The position numbers and the translations under genes were made by a program. The notes below the pieces were generated by a model, which saw only the letters and a program-made list of their open reading frames with translations, was not told the origin of the DNA and made no database searches. This document shows, piece by piece, positions 12,327-24,782 of a DNA stretch of 64,000 nt; position 1 is the stretch's first letter, and every line of letters begins with the position of its first letter. The stretch covers positions 1,440,117-1,504,116 of the forward strand of contig NW_003314261.1 of assembly GCF_000143415.4 (NCBI RefSeq), in the 5' to 3' direction. Origin of the DNA: Selaginella moellendorffii (taxonomy: Eukaryota > Plantae > Lycopodiophyta).

Positions 12327-14630
12327 CAAGGGGTGAAAGCCCAAAGCGTGCGTCTCCTAGGGGGGGGGGGGGGGGCTGCAGGGGGTTCCAAAAGTATAGT
12401 AGGGATAGTGAGGTCCAGGAACCAGTCTTGAAGGAACTCTCCAGTGGTGCTTCCAAACTGACTTAAGGTTGAGATTGGGGCCGAGGGGCCTTGGGTGGGA
12501 GTGAGCATGGGCTTGGGTGGTGCTGGAGGGGCCACCCAAGGAAGTGCTCAAGAGCAGCTCCCACTCCCGAAAGGGAAACCGACTGCGGTGCTCCCGGCTC
12601 ATGTGGAGTGGTGCCCCACTTGAGTACCTTGTGGCTCATTGGTCCTTGCCCTTCCTAGGGGCTTGGGCCTTCCCTTCGGGATGGAAGTGGGGGGGGGGGG
12701 GGGTAGAGGTACTCATACCGGGCCATTAGGCCACGGTGTTTCGCCCCGACGTCCCGAAGCAAGTGTTGCACCCAAGGCTTGGGATTTAGAGGATCCCATG
12801 ATCAAGTCTTGTGGTACCAAGGGGTGTTAGGAATCTGGAGGCTTGGTGTGCTTGGCTACTTGTGCCTGCGGGGAGTGTAGCCGAACCTTAAGTCCAGTCT
12901 AACCCGGGGAGGGGGATTGGGAGAGATTTGGGAATCTGTAAATGGATGGCTAACACTCCGTTGCTCATGCAGTGAGTAGCTGAAACCAAGTAGGACCAAG
13001 TAGGAGCTGGTACCATATGCGAGAACCTTGGCAAGGGAACTTAGCACAAGCCAAGGCAGAGTTGGCTGGATAGACGAGGTAAGCTGGCAAATTGGAAAGG
13101 AAAAATTTGTGGCTTACACCCTACTATACATTTGGAACCCCCCATATCCCCCCCCCCCACCTTAAGGAACACACGCTTTGGGCTTTCACCCCAAGCCTCC
13201 CTTAGTATCAGGAGTTAGTCTCTGGAACAAGCTTGAAACTTACTAAATATGGAATGGTGCTAGAATGCAAATTTGGATACGGGACGAACACCATTGTGTT
13301 CAGGACAATCTCTACATTCCGTAGATATGCCAAATGAGCAAATCTAGACACTTTCCATAAATAGTATTTGGGACTGGAATGAGACTAACACAAAGGGCAT
13401 GATAGCAAGGGTGTTTGGCAAACACAGTAAGCTATCATCAGTGATATTGAGGGACCAATCTCAATATATGAGGGTTCTTGTCAAGCCAGTGCAAGACAGA
13501 GCAAAAGAGAACTAAGAGCCAATGTAGCGCACCTTATCTCTCTCCCCTTAAGCCAACTGGAAAAGGGGCAATTGTTTGATGAGAAAGCCTTTAGTGGCTA
13601 TTTTATCCCCATTTATCCCCCAAGGTTCCAAAAATCCACGGTGACAGTATATCCAAATCTCATCCCATGATCACATGTTTTATACTCACCCCCCCCTTCA
13701 GAGATGTCAATGTTCTCATTGACTATTGACTAACAACCCCTACTTAGCCAAGGGGAACCAACACCTCCATTTTCGCACTCAATCTACCAATCCTTCCATT
13801 GTGTAGACCAGCTATTCCATGTGAGGCAATTAGTCATCCACCCGTACCGCAGTCCCACGGTGGATACCTTCGTCCGTGGATACTCCACACAAGAGGAAGG
13901 ACGTACGCATGGATGTTTAATACGTGCGATTTCAAATTTAGGGCTTCCATTGTGTAGACCAGCTATTCCATGTGAGGCATACGTGCAATTTCAAATGTAG
14001 GGCTTCCATTGTGTAGACCAGCTATTCCATGTGAGGCAATTAGTCATCCACCCATACCGCAGTCCCACGGTGGATACCTTCGTCCATGGATACTCCACAC
14101 AAGAGGAAGGACGTACACATGGATGCCTAATACGTACGATTTCAAATTTAGGGGTAAGAATATACCTTGCTCAAGGGTATATTATACTTTTTAAGTAGCC
14201 ACTAATCAATGGGAATCGAACCCGTGCTATTTGCTCCGATACAACTGTAGCGCACCTTATCTCTCTCCCCTTAAGCCAACTGGAAAAGGGGCAATTGCTT
14301 GATGAGAGAGCCCTTAGTGGCTATTTTATCCCCATTTATCCCCCAAGGTTCCAAGGATCCATGGTGACAGTATATCCAAATCTCATCCCATGATCACATG
14401 CGCTACAGCCAGGCCGAGTATGCTCAGCTAGAAACACATAGGAGTTCCTACCTTATGTCCATCTGGCTAAGTACAGGTGCTAAGCTCAGTAAACTAACAC
14501 TTGAACATGAGGGGCTGATAAAGGGAATCAGCAATACTGACCTCTTGCCATTGTAGCAGTAAGGAAAGAGTGTCTGTAAGGATTGGCCGATAGATAACTT
14601 TCGATACCTGAAGTTATATTCGCGACAAAT
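12327..14630. mobile_element. Two oppositely oriented copies of a G-tract LTR-like repeat, the second interrupted by a TRIM
   Basis: 12327-12402 is the reverse complement of 13121-13195; 12940-13118 matches 10517-10692; 13121-13520 plus 14410-14630 match the reverse of 6300-6910. Confidence 0.65.
13523..14407 (-). mobile_element. TRIM-like non-autonomous LTR element (885 bp, 162-bp LTRs)
   Basis: LTRs at 13523-13684 and 14246-14407 (TGTAGCGCA...TGCGCTACA). Degenerate PBS-Met at ~14233-14244 (gctccgatacaa on +), PPT at ~13688-13700 (ccccccccttc on +), near-perfect 5-bp TSD gccaa/gccag. Confidence 0.85.
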
Positions 14631-14839
14631 ATGTATATGTTATTGGGGTATAAATTTTCATTGGTGCTTCATTATATAAAATTTTATATGATATAATATG
14701 ATATTGTCAATAGAGTTGAGTTTAGATTTGTATTATCATGAGCTATTGATGCTAAGTTATGGGATCAATACTTCATAAGTATTCTTCCACTAGTTCAAGT
14801 AGAGTTTACTGAACACTTAGGGTTGCATATAAGTGGGAC

Positions 14840-15350
14840 AATAACTATACTATAACTCTTATCATCATCTATTTATAGAGTACAAAGTGGATGATTTAAT
14901 ATTGGTTTATTTTCCAAATTTTATAGTATATGGTTTATTTAAGGGGCTTCTTGCTTAGTAAAAAGGATTATATTGAGTATTGTAGTAAGTTTGACTACAA
15001 GTTTATAAGGCTTGACACTACATTCAATAAACCTATCTTCTAAAAGTTATGCATGTGCAATGGCTTAAACATTTCATACAGAAGGATTAGGAGTAAATTT
15101 ATACATCCACTAATACCTCTTTCTAATGTTGCTCAAGATTTTGGCCTATCAACCAAGAGACTCTAACTACCTTCTAATTTTTCTAAAGGAGGGGATGATC
15201 TAAGGTCTAGATGTAAAGCTACAATGCTATATACTAATATTAACATAGTGGATTTTGATAATTATTAAATTGGTTTCAATTTGGACCACTGTATAAAAGC
15301 TAGGGTTTTTAGGCTAAATAAATATGTATTCCATTCTATACACACATAAA
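14840..15350 (+). mobile_element. Gypsy integrase 3' end / LTR remnant
   Basis: Direct similarity to 57345-57800 (agagtacaaagtggatga..., atttggaccact, ctagggtttt). Confidence 0.6.
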
Positions 15351-16037
15351 TTGTGCTTAATATTTATAATTAATGGAGTACTCAAGATTATTATTCCTAG
15401 TAAATCATAGTTTGTATAGAATCTCAATGATATCTTTCTTTAATCCTTGTGCTCAAGCAACAATTAATCCCATTCAAGAGTATTTAGAAAAAAAAAACTC
15501 AATACAAATATAAATTCTGACTATAAAAAAGATTATATACTATGGTTGAGATCTTTGGAACAATAGATGGTTGATGACTCTTGTATAGGAAAATTCTAGT
15601 GAGAGATGGCTCACCCAAGAGCAAAAGCTGAGCATTATATTTGGCATAATTGATTGATTGAATATGACAGCTTAGGAAATATATTTTTATTACCTCCATC
15701 TTTATGTTGTCTAGAATTTTATTTTAGAAACTTGTAGTTAAGTAGTATATATAAAAAAATCTAAGACAATGAAGCAAGATTCAAAATGCCACAAGAATAT
15801 TATCCTTATATACTTTCAAATTTAAGATTATTTAGTAAGAATGAGTTACATATGATTTTAAGAATTGATAAATATAAATTAATTTTTCCTCACAGCATTA
15901 CTATATGGTACAGAAAATTATTAGCAAGAAAAGTATAGAGAATACTAAAATCCCTTAGAGAGGAGTCTTTAATTTTACTTTATTAATTACATTATAATAA
16001 TTATATATTATATTATTTATATTTAATTTCTTTATTT

Positions 16038-16996
16038 TCAGTATTTCTTTTTCCAAATGAACATCCATAAAACTGTAGTTACCATAACAGAACGAATGTT
16101 ATTAATCATGGTGTCATTGCTTGTTATAAAGCTGTATATTTGCAAATAAATATCTATAGTTGAATTCCTATATAAGAGTTGAATAGGGAATAATACAATA
16201 TGATACACATCAAGTAATAAATAACTTAATTTTAAATATCCAAATATACCATCTAAAAACCAGTCACTATGAGTTCATACTACAATATCATTTATAATTA
16301 AATCACCTGATAATGTAACTGGATTGTAAAGGCCATACTTTTTTATAATATTAATCTCTGTAAAACAAGTACATTAAAAGTAAAAAAATGTTACGTGTAT
16401 TTACCTGTTATATTGTGAGGTAATAAATCCCCTGGTTGCTCATCCAAAGCTAATAATATATCAGCTAAAGTAATATCATTTACATATTTATAAAATATTG
16501 ATTTTGAATCTAAAATAGAGTATTAGAATAGTAATTAAGAATTCTTACTTTTAGTTGGTATGAAATACAATGTGGATAAGTCAATACTCTTATTATTCTC
16601 AGTATTAATATGGATAAATTCATCATAAGCCACAATATCTTTATGATATCAGCTTGCCATCTCTATTTCAAATTGAAACCTAATTACAATAGTTAAAATT
16701 AAGATTAAGTGACCAAGGTCAATAATATTACAGACCTTATCTCCTATAGAAATATCCTTTATTTTTCGTCTTTTACCATTAGAAAGTCTTAAGATAGCAT
16801 CCTCGATATTATAATTATGAATTTATATGATAAAGTAAACCATACCTGGAAAACATTTTTTGTTTTTAACACAATTAGAATCTTTGCAGTGATGACCTGA
16901 AATACAATCTGAATCTTTTGTACATGGATCAAGTTGAGATTTAGTAAAGGACATAAGACATATAATTAAAAACCCATAAATAAAGAAATTACTCAT
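16038..16996 (-). pseudogene. Hog/Hint-domain gene paralog (signal peptide, 4-Cys peptide, Hint) with a premature stop
   Basis: Translates to MSNFFIYGFLIICLMSFTKSQLDPCTKDSDCISGHHCKDSNCVKNKKCFP|...DISIGDK|...GLYNPVTLSGDLIINDIVV*THSDWFLDG...WKKKY*. Same exon layout as 51135-52138. In-frame TGA at ~16275-16277; first intron acceptor looks damaged. Confidence 0.85.
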
Positions 16997-17751
16997 TTCT
17001 TAAGTGTATAAGAAAATTATTACAAGATAGAAGCCTTATATAAAGAATATATCATTAATTTTCGTTTATATTCTTGTAATTTTTTTCACTAAGTCAACTT
17101 CATTGTCGTATCAAAACTCCAAATATTCAAGCATATTCTAGAATATTTTTTAATCTAACAGTTATGATTTTATCCATTAAACTTACTCAATGTTTACTGC
17201 TATATTACAAATGACATCCCCTCCTTTTCCACATACTATGAAAGTCCTAGCTAATATATGTGACCAAAATAGGTGTATCATAGTGTAGTGATGTTTATAT
17301 TTATAAAAAGTTTTAACACAAGAAGAGTAGTGTAGCTATACTCCTAGTTGATTGCTCAACTAGCCAAGATGTAACAAGCCAAGTGTTGGTGATCACTATC
17401 CCAGTTATATACAATAAGCCTACTAATGTGAATTTTGGATTTTATGGTTTTTTTTATGTTAAATGCAAATTAGTGTATGGTTATCCATGTGGTAACTTTT
17501 GTATGTAAAAAATTATGTGAAAACTATATAGAGTGAAAAATAACCATATGATTATATAAGAAAACAAGTATTAATCTCCTCTGGATATCCTTCAATAGTG
17601 AGAAAAAAGCTTTAAAATATATATGGAACTTTTTTTTTCTGCTTCTTTCATGTTTTATGGTAGTCAACTAGAAATTACAGCTTTTGGAATTGTACGAGAA
17701 GTGTGTAAGGAATGTCCAAAGAATGAGAAACTGTACACAAATAATGTATAG

Positions 17752-19018
17752 TTTGGAATTATTTTTGGTTTGCTTAAGCAGGGACTGAGATGGTAGTGAA
17801 TATACCTAGAATATTCTTGGATATTCTAGGATATTCTACCATCTAACAGTTATTATTCATTTAAATTAATCTTGTATTTATAAATTATACACTTATTTAT
17901 AATTTATAAAATTTCTTAAGCATTTCTTAGTATATTTTATTTTATTCTACCATCTAATGGTTGATATGCAATAAGATTAATCATGTGTTTATAAATTAAA
18001 AACATGCTTATAATTATAAAACTTATTTAATTGATTGGATTAATAAGTAAGAATAACACTACTATTAAGCAAACCAAACATTATTACATGCAATGCATAG
18101 AAATTTATTCACTGAGACATTGTTTAAAATGATTATCCAAATAGTTTTCTAGATCTCGTACATTATATAGTTTTTTATATAGATTATAATGTGATCAAAT
18201 ATTCCTAGCACAGACCATTTAATCCACACTAGAGCTGAATTCTTTTCATGCCCAATTCCCATAATTTTCCATTATAAAAGTTGTACAATGATATCTTTAC
18301 TTCTTGTTGCCAAAACTATTATAAGACCATAGCAATCAGTTTCAAGTTGCAAAAAAATGATTTCTTTAACTTATGCATGCTTAAAAAGTTTTTTCTTGTC
18401 TATGTAAGTAAATAAAAGATTTAACATCACTCACCAAGAATTGCACGATGGATCTTCTATATATATAAGTTAATCCAACTTAACCAAGTAAGTTAACTAA
18501 CTTAACAATTGGATCCAACTTAACCTTGATAACATTGGCAATCCTTCTGTTTGCATGTGAATTTATTTATGTGCATTTGTGCAATCTTGGCACCATATGT
18601 CAATTCTTCTAATCTTAGTTAATTAAGAATTTCTCACTAGCTTTTCTTCTTAGCACAGACAGGTCATAGAAGATAGGTTTTATCTCTATGATTTAATAAT
18701 TTGTTATGCATTGCATGTAGCAATGTTTGGTTTGCTTAATAGTAGTGTTATTCCTACTTATGATCAAATAAAAGTTTATAATTATAAACATATTTATAAT
18801 TTATAAACACAAGATTAATTTTATTGCATATCAACCAATTAGATGGTAGAATAAAATAGAATATACTAAGAAGTGTTTAAGAAAGTTTATAAATTATAAA
18901 TACAAAATTAATCTAAATGAATAAGAACCGTTAAATTGTAGAAAATCCTAGAATATTCAAGTATATTCTAGGTATATCCCAGTCCTAGATTTGCTTAAGC
19001 AAACCAAAAAGTTCCAAA
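17752..19018. mobile_element. Long inverted-repeat (foldback/MITE-like) element with ~340-bp arms
   Basis: 17752-18099 is the reverse complement of ~18705-19018. Each arm is itself bounded by TTGGTTTGCTTAA...TTAAGCAAACCAA. Confidence 0.8.
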
Positions 19019-19312
19019 AATCTATTTTTTGCCTCTCTTGCCAAACTACACTACTATAAATGGCATATATTCCATAAGAGGCCAGGAATTTTTTACCTTT
19101 AACTTTGTCAACATAATTCCAGTGATATACTGGTGGGGGGAGTTGTTTCCACTCATCACCTTTTTAAATGCAAATGAGATTGTAGGCATTACACAAATCA
19201 ATCTTGTAACATTTGTTTTATGAAAATAAATTTAAACAAATCTTTAAATCTTAGCAACCTTGATGAGATCAAGAGGTGGTAACTCCTCATCCCGTTATCC
19301 TTCATGAAGGGA

Positions 19313-21447
19313 TCAAGAGGTGGTAGCTCCTCGTCCCGATCTAGCTTTTATCCTTCGTGACGGGATCACCCAATCGTCCCCGTTTTGTTCCTCCAATCCT
19401 TGAGTTGGATCCGGGCACGGCTTTGTTCGCCAGCAAGCATAGTAAATCCCAGCAAGAGCAACAGCTAGAGCAGCCATGGATCCTACAACAATACCAATTG
19501 TCTCGCCAATCCTGTAATGCTTTCCCAAAGAAGAAGTCGCAGTGACGTTACTGCTAGAACAGTTTGCTCCGCAACATATAAAGTCAGCCATTGGTGTGGA
19601 GAACTCCTGTCTTGGACAGATTGGAGTCAGCGAACCAGCAAAATCACACCCTGTGGTTGCCTCTAGAACCTGTGAAACAAAGGATTATAAATAAGATCAT
19701 TCTCTGGAAGATTGTCAAAGCTTACTGGGTGAGAACTTTTCAATGTGAGAGGTTTTTGCTCTAGAGATGGACCCGGGCTTCTCTTAGAGACAGCCTCTTG
19801 AACGACTGCAAGACCCAAGCTGTTGATGAGATCGTCGGTGACAATATCGATGCAGGCAACTCCGATCAATCGTTGGGTGGCATCAAAAGCTAGAAAACAA
19901 AGTTACAATACCCAGAAACACCGTTTTCGTGGTTTTCTTTTTACCTGGCAAGATCGAGCTTGTAACATTGCGACCACCTGAATCAGCATATAATGGCACC
20001 CACACTGGCTTTCTGTTGACACTGCTAAAACGGAGCCAAGCTAAATAGTCCAAGTAGCTGCGTATCTTCATGAGAGGATTGGTTTCATCTTTTACTGCTT
20101 CGAAGCTTATGTTGAGGCTGAATTGCATTCTCTGGAAAGTTTCATCGTTGGAAATGTAGAAACCAATCCTGTACACGAAAACGACAACGTTTTTCTCGTT
20201 AAGCTGCTTGAAGATTGGATCTAAATCCGTCAGGTTGACATGGTTGGCAAATTGGCCATCTGTTAAGAGGAGTATAACCTGGAAAATTGTTGCAATTAAC
20301 TAACGAAAGAGCTCGAGTTTACGTACATTCAAGTTTGAGCTTGAGTTGAAGAAGTCAAGAGCCCCGACGAATGCTTTCTTAATATCGGTTTGTAATTTGT
20401 CCGCTCTTGCATTGCTTATTGCGTTTTTGAGAGCTGAGATTCCAGCATGATCGAAGGATGTCTCCAAGCCCTCAAGTGAAACCGAGACCTGGAAAATGAA
20501 AACTCATAGAAATTAATAAATAATAGGATGAGATACTTACTGGTTTTCCTCCAAATGGTTTGCCTCCATTCATATCTGACACAATTACTTGGTCCCCATT
20601 GGTAAGAGTGTCGAGAAGCTCGTCCAGAATCCCCTTGGCCACTGCTAGGCGGCTTTGAGATGACAAAGGGCCGATGGAAATGCTCATGGACGACGATGTG
20701 TCTAAAACAATGTAGAGTGATTTCACCACCGCCAAGGCATGCACATACCATGGCCTTTTCCTTGGATCATAGACTTTGCATTGATGATCGTCGGTATAGT
20801 CCTAAACCATAGTACAGATGGAGATTAAATAAAATCATGGAGCTTACCCTGCCTGGATAGATGTACAAGTATCCTTCGGCGCCTCCAAAAAAAACCCAGC
20901 CATGACAGACTTTGCTGGTGCTTTTCCATGCGAGTTGAAGTTTACGATCCAGGGACTTTTGGGCACAGATAGCAATCTTAACATCAGTGTCACTCTCCAA
21001 TGCCGATGGTGAGAGCCTGTGAAAACCCCAAAGAAGTTCTGTGACAGATCAAAAATGGAGAGAACCTAATGTATGATCTCTTGCTCGAGACGCTCAAGCT
21101 CTGGCATGTCCCATTAGTCGGAGTGGAGCAATCTAGATTATGACCCACATTGACGCACGAGAGAGATTGGATCTCATCCCTGGACTGCGGTCTACAAGTG
21201 TGCCTTGAGCAATTTTCGATTGTACATTGGGATAGAGATCCTGAGACGAGAAACGATCAATCAATAATACTAGCATTCTTGTGCAGCTCTTTACTATACC
21301 GCAAGCATTCTCCCGATTTGAAATGGCCTGCCTAGCAATCTCTTGTACCTGGAACGCTGCTTCATCCAGCACGGCTTCAATGTCGCCCAGGGAATGCGCA
21401 TGAAGGTACAAAAGTGCCACAAAAACTAATCTGGAAAGAAGAACCAT
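19313..21447 (-). CDS. alpha2delta/CACHD1-like type I membrane protein: signal peptide, Cys-rich N-terminus, dCache_1 with inserted vWA, TM, short tail
   Basis: Spliced translation: GWVFFGGAEGYLYIYPG..YDPRKRPWY..LYIVLDTSSSM (MIDAS)..LLLTDG..PVWVPLYADSGG..AFDATQRLIGVACIDI..TM IGIVVGSMAALAVALAGIYYA. Confidence 0.85.
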
Positions 21448-21796
21448 TGCTCAATCTTTCATCTCATGTGTGATTGTTTGAAGAACATCCTTTCTGCCTG
21501 TTAGAACTCGAAGGCAAGGAATTAAGCGAGTGAAGGAGACCCGAATTTAATGCCATTAATGAAGAAACAGGACCGACAAAATCAGCAAAGTTTTTAAACG
21601 ACAGTGCATATTCCGTGTCTAAGTTAAGAGATTCTCGAATATGCTTACTCTAATAATCTTTCTATTATTACTGCTCCACTTGTACCTTATAAATGGCGGG
21701 AAATGAGCCCTAGGGCGGCGGACAAAACAAGTGAGGCCACATTTCTTTTCTCTTCTTTGATGCTGTTTAGGTCAGTCAATCGCTACAGTGTCGCCA

Positions 21797-24747
21797 ATGG
21801 ATCGCTCGCCAAAGCAGCGCTGCGTTGAATTCCTGATTAGTCCTCGATTTGCCTCAAATGTGCTGGTTTTCGTCCTGGCAGTGACAGCCGCAGCGTCTGG
21901 GTTCATCGCCAATCTCACGCGCAATCTCAAGGCGGCGGGCGCTCCTACAATCTTCTCGGAGATCTCCGAGTATTCCAACCTGGTAAGGTGGTTCTTTCTT
22001 TTGCATCATCGGCTCACAAAATTTGTTCTTGGCAGAGAATTTTGAGGCAGGCAATTGAGAGAGCGAAGCTCAGGGATTTTATGTCCGACCATGAGAAGTG
22101 CCTCACTCTCTTTGCACCAACAGATAGTGCTTTCGAGAGTGTTTTGCACAAAAGGCTTCTTCCGTGCGTTACAAACCACTACAACGTGAATCGTTGTTTG
22201 TCTCTCGATCAGCTCCTCTCTTCTACAAGCCTCAACAAGTTGCTTCTAAATCACGGTGGTGTTTTCTTTTCGTCCTTTCTCATGCTCAACTCTTCTTTCA
22301 GTGGTCGATGGTAATTTGTCACTGGATAGTTCTGCAAAGGAGTCATTTCTTCACTTTCTCGGAGACTCTGTGGAAAAGGTATGGATTTTTCCTTTGCTTT
22401 TGTGGTTGGAGTAAGTGTTGCTTCTGATTCTCAGCTCGTTAAGAATGAGACTGGCCATGCAAGCATTGGAAATGCTGCTGTTATCGTGGCAAACGTACGT
22501 GTTGGAAACGGAATGATGCATCTGATAGATAATGTATTGGGAAGCGTTGATCCGGAAAGTGGTTTATCCTCCGATGTCTCGCTGGATGCTGAGGCTGTTT
22601 TAAGCGCTCTCAAACTCACAGATGCCGACTTTTTCAACGTTACAAAGGTTGGGAATCAATATCTTTTATTTTCTGGCTAACGTTAACTGGTTCTACGGCA
22701 CAGAGGCAAGAAATGGCCGAAGGAGCCAAAGCCTTGAACATTCCTGGCTTTCAAAAGAATAGGAACCAGGTTGGTTATCCGGATGGCGGACTAACGAATG
22801 CCCCCGTGCTAGTCTTTGATCCAAGTATGAACGAGGCAGACTTTACGGGTCCGGACACGAAGTTTTCCTACCCTTCACTTGCTGCAGGCATTACTCGGCC
22901 TTCTACAGACGAGGACCTCGCTTTCATGACCGTAAGTTCTTGCAAGAATGTTCTGGTTTCCATCTAACAGCGTGTTTTCTTTTCTTTTTGTACAAGATTC
23001 TCGAGCTCGGGGCACTCCTCAAGAGCAAGAAGGTGACCTCAGTGGAACTTGTGAAAGTTTTTTCTGAACGCCTGAAGAGGTAATCCGAACTCTTCTACGA
23101 AGGCTAGACAATGAAGTTTCTTTTGCTACACAGGTATGACAGTACTCTCAAAGCTGTTGTAACATATACAGAGGAGCTAGCACAAGAGCAAGCGTTAGCG
23201 GCTGACAAACTACTACAGCAAGGAACTTATCTGGGTTAGCAGTTCTTTTGCGCATGGAAGAAATAGTTAACTAACTCGTTGGCAGGACCATTGCACGGAA
23301 TTCCTTATGGTTTGAAGGACATAATTGCGGTTCCAGGGTACAGAACCACTTGGGGAAGCACAAGTTTTAAGGACCAGTTCTTCAACGAGGAAGCATTTGT
23401 TTATACCAGGTTTGTGATCAGTCTTGCATTGCTGTTAAAGCAAAGAGTTTTGGCAGACTCAAAGAGGCTGGAGCTGTGCTAATAGCGAAACTGGCTACTG
23501 GTTCCCTTGCTTACGACGATGTCTGGTTTGGAGGTCGGACAAGAAATCCCTGGAATATTGAGGAATTTTCAACTGGATCTTCTTGCGGACCTGCCGCGGC
23601 CACATCTGCTGGTTCGTTGAGTTCGGTGATTTTGCTGGTTTTAGTTTTTTTTGCTTTGCAGGAACCATTCCTTTTGCTATTGGATCGGAGACAGCAGGCT
23701 CAATATCTTATCCTGCTGCTCGAACTGGAGTGACGGCCTTCAGGCCAACATTCGGAATGGTGAGCCGATGGCAAATTATGAGCCTATCAGAGAGCCTGGT
23801 AAGTATACGTGCTTGTGTGTGTATGTTTTTTTTGTTTTCGGTATTCTAAGTTGGTGTTTGGCAGGATAAGATCGGTCCGTTTAGTAGAAGCATCGAGGAT
23901 TGTACTATCGTGCTAGATGTACTACGTGGAAAAGATCCTCGCGATCTCTCCTCGAAGAACATCAAGCTAAAGGATCCGTTCTCGATTGATGTGAAGAAGC
24001 TGACTGTCGGCTATTTGCCGGATGCAGAGATGGAAGTAAGTGTTCCAAAGCGTTTCGTTAAAAACTTTCTATGTTTCCCAGGTGGTGCGTATCTTAAAAG
24101 AGCAAGGTGTGAAGATGGTACCATTCGATCTAAAATACAGCGTCGACTCCGCGCAGCAGATTCTGAACTTCACCATGGATGTCGATATGCTGGCACATTT
24201 CGATCACTGGCAGCGCGCTGGCCTGGACGACGCGTACGAAGCACAGGATCAGTGGCCAGTTGAGCTCCGACGAGCGCGTCTCATCTCGGCAGTCGATTAC
24301 ATCCAGGTAGACAAGAACTCCCCTTCGTTCTTCTCGTTTTCTTGTTGTAGCTTCTAACGTATGAACTTTCGCAGGCACAGCGAGCACGTCACAAGCTCAT
24401 CTCCGAGGTGCTAGAAGCGCTGAAAGGCATCGACGCATTTGTAGGAAACGCTACAGACTGGGAGAAAGTTGCCGTGGGCAATCTCGTGGGAATGCCAGTG
24501 GCCATCATCCCAGCCGGCTTGAAAAGCATTCAAAATCCACCGCCGGAAGGAACTCGGCGGAGAACCACAGTGACCGCGGGGATCTATGCCCGACCATACG
24601 GCGACTCGGAGGTAAGCAAACAGATCTTTCCAGAGACCATTTATTTATATCGTGAGAGCTTCACAGGTTTTGGCACTGGCAATGGCCTTCCAGAAAGTCA
24701 CAAAGCATCACCTCCAGCGCCCACCGGTCGACAATGTCAAGCCATAG
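21797..24747 (+). CDS. Fasciclin (FAS1)-amidase signature fusion protein; amidase part resembles Arabidopsis At5g07360
   Basis: Hydrophobic N-terminal segment; FAS1 motifs LTLFAPTDSAF and NVRVGNGMMHLIDNVL; amidase motifs GPLHGIPYGLKD, TGSSCG, GSETAGSISYPA. Many short GT-AG introns; ends RPPVDNVKP*. An alternative upstream ATG at 21703 is possible. Confidence 0.85.
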
Positions 24748-24782
24748 TTTTGTATGAACGAGAACAAAGTTCTCCCAAGCTC

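Noticed and set aside
12327-13195. ~75-bp terminal inverted repeat suggesting a DNA transposon or DIRS element
   Set aside because: Each side continues as part of a longer LTR-like family seen at 6.3-6.9 kb, 10.5 kb and 34.9 kb, so it is better explained as two opposed copies; no TSD or recombinase found
14205-14245. tRNA gene
   Set aside because: Only a B-box-like stretch next to a PBS; no cloverleaf
16270-16280. TGA as selenocysteine, readthrough or an edited codon in the Hog paralog
   Set aside because: It aligns to TCA (Ser) in the intact copy and a splice acceptor also looks damaged; simple pseudogenisation is more likely
19313-21447. vWA-Vint (Vwaint) protein linking the vWA genes to the Hint genes
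   Set aside because: These vWA domains are embedded in a dCache_1 domain and followed by a TM, with no Hint-like C-terminus
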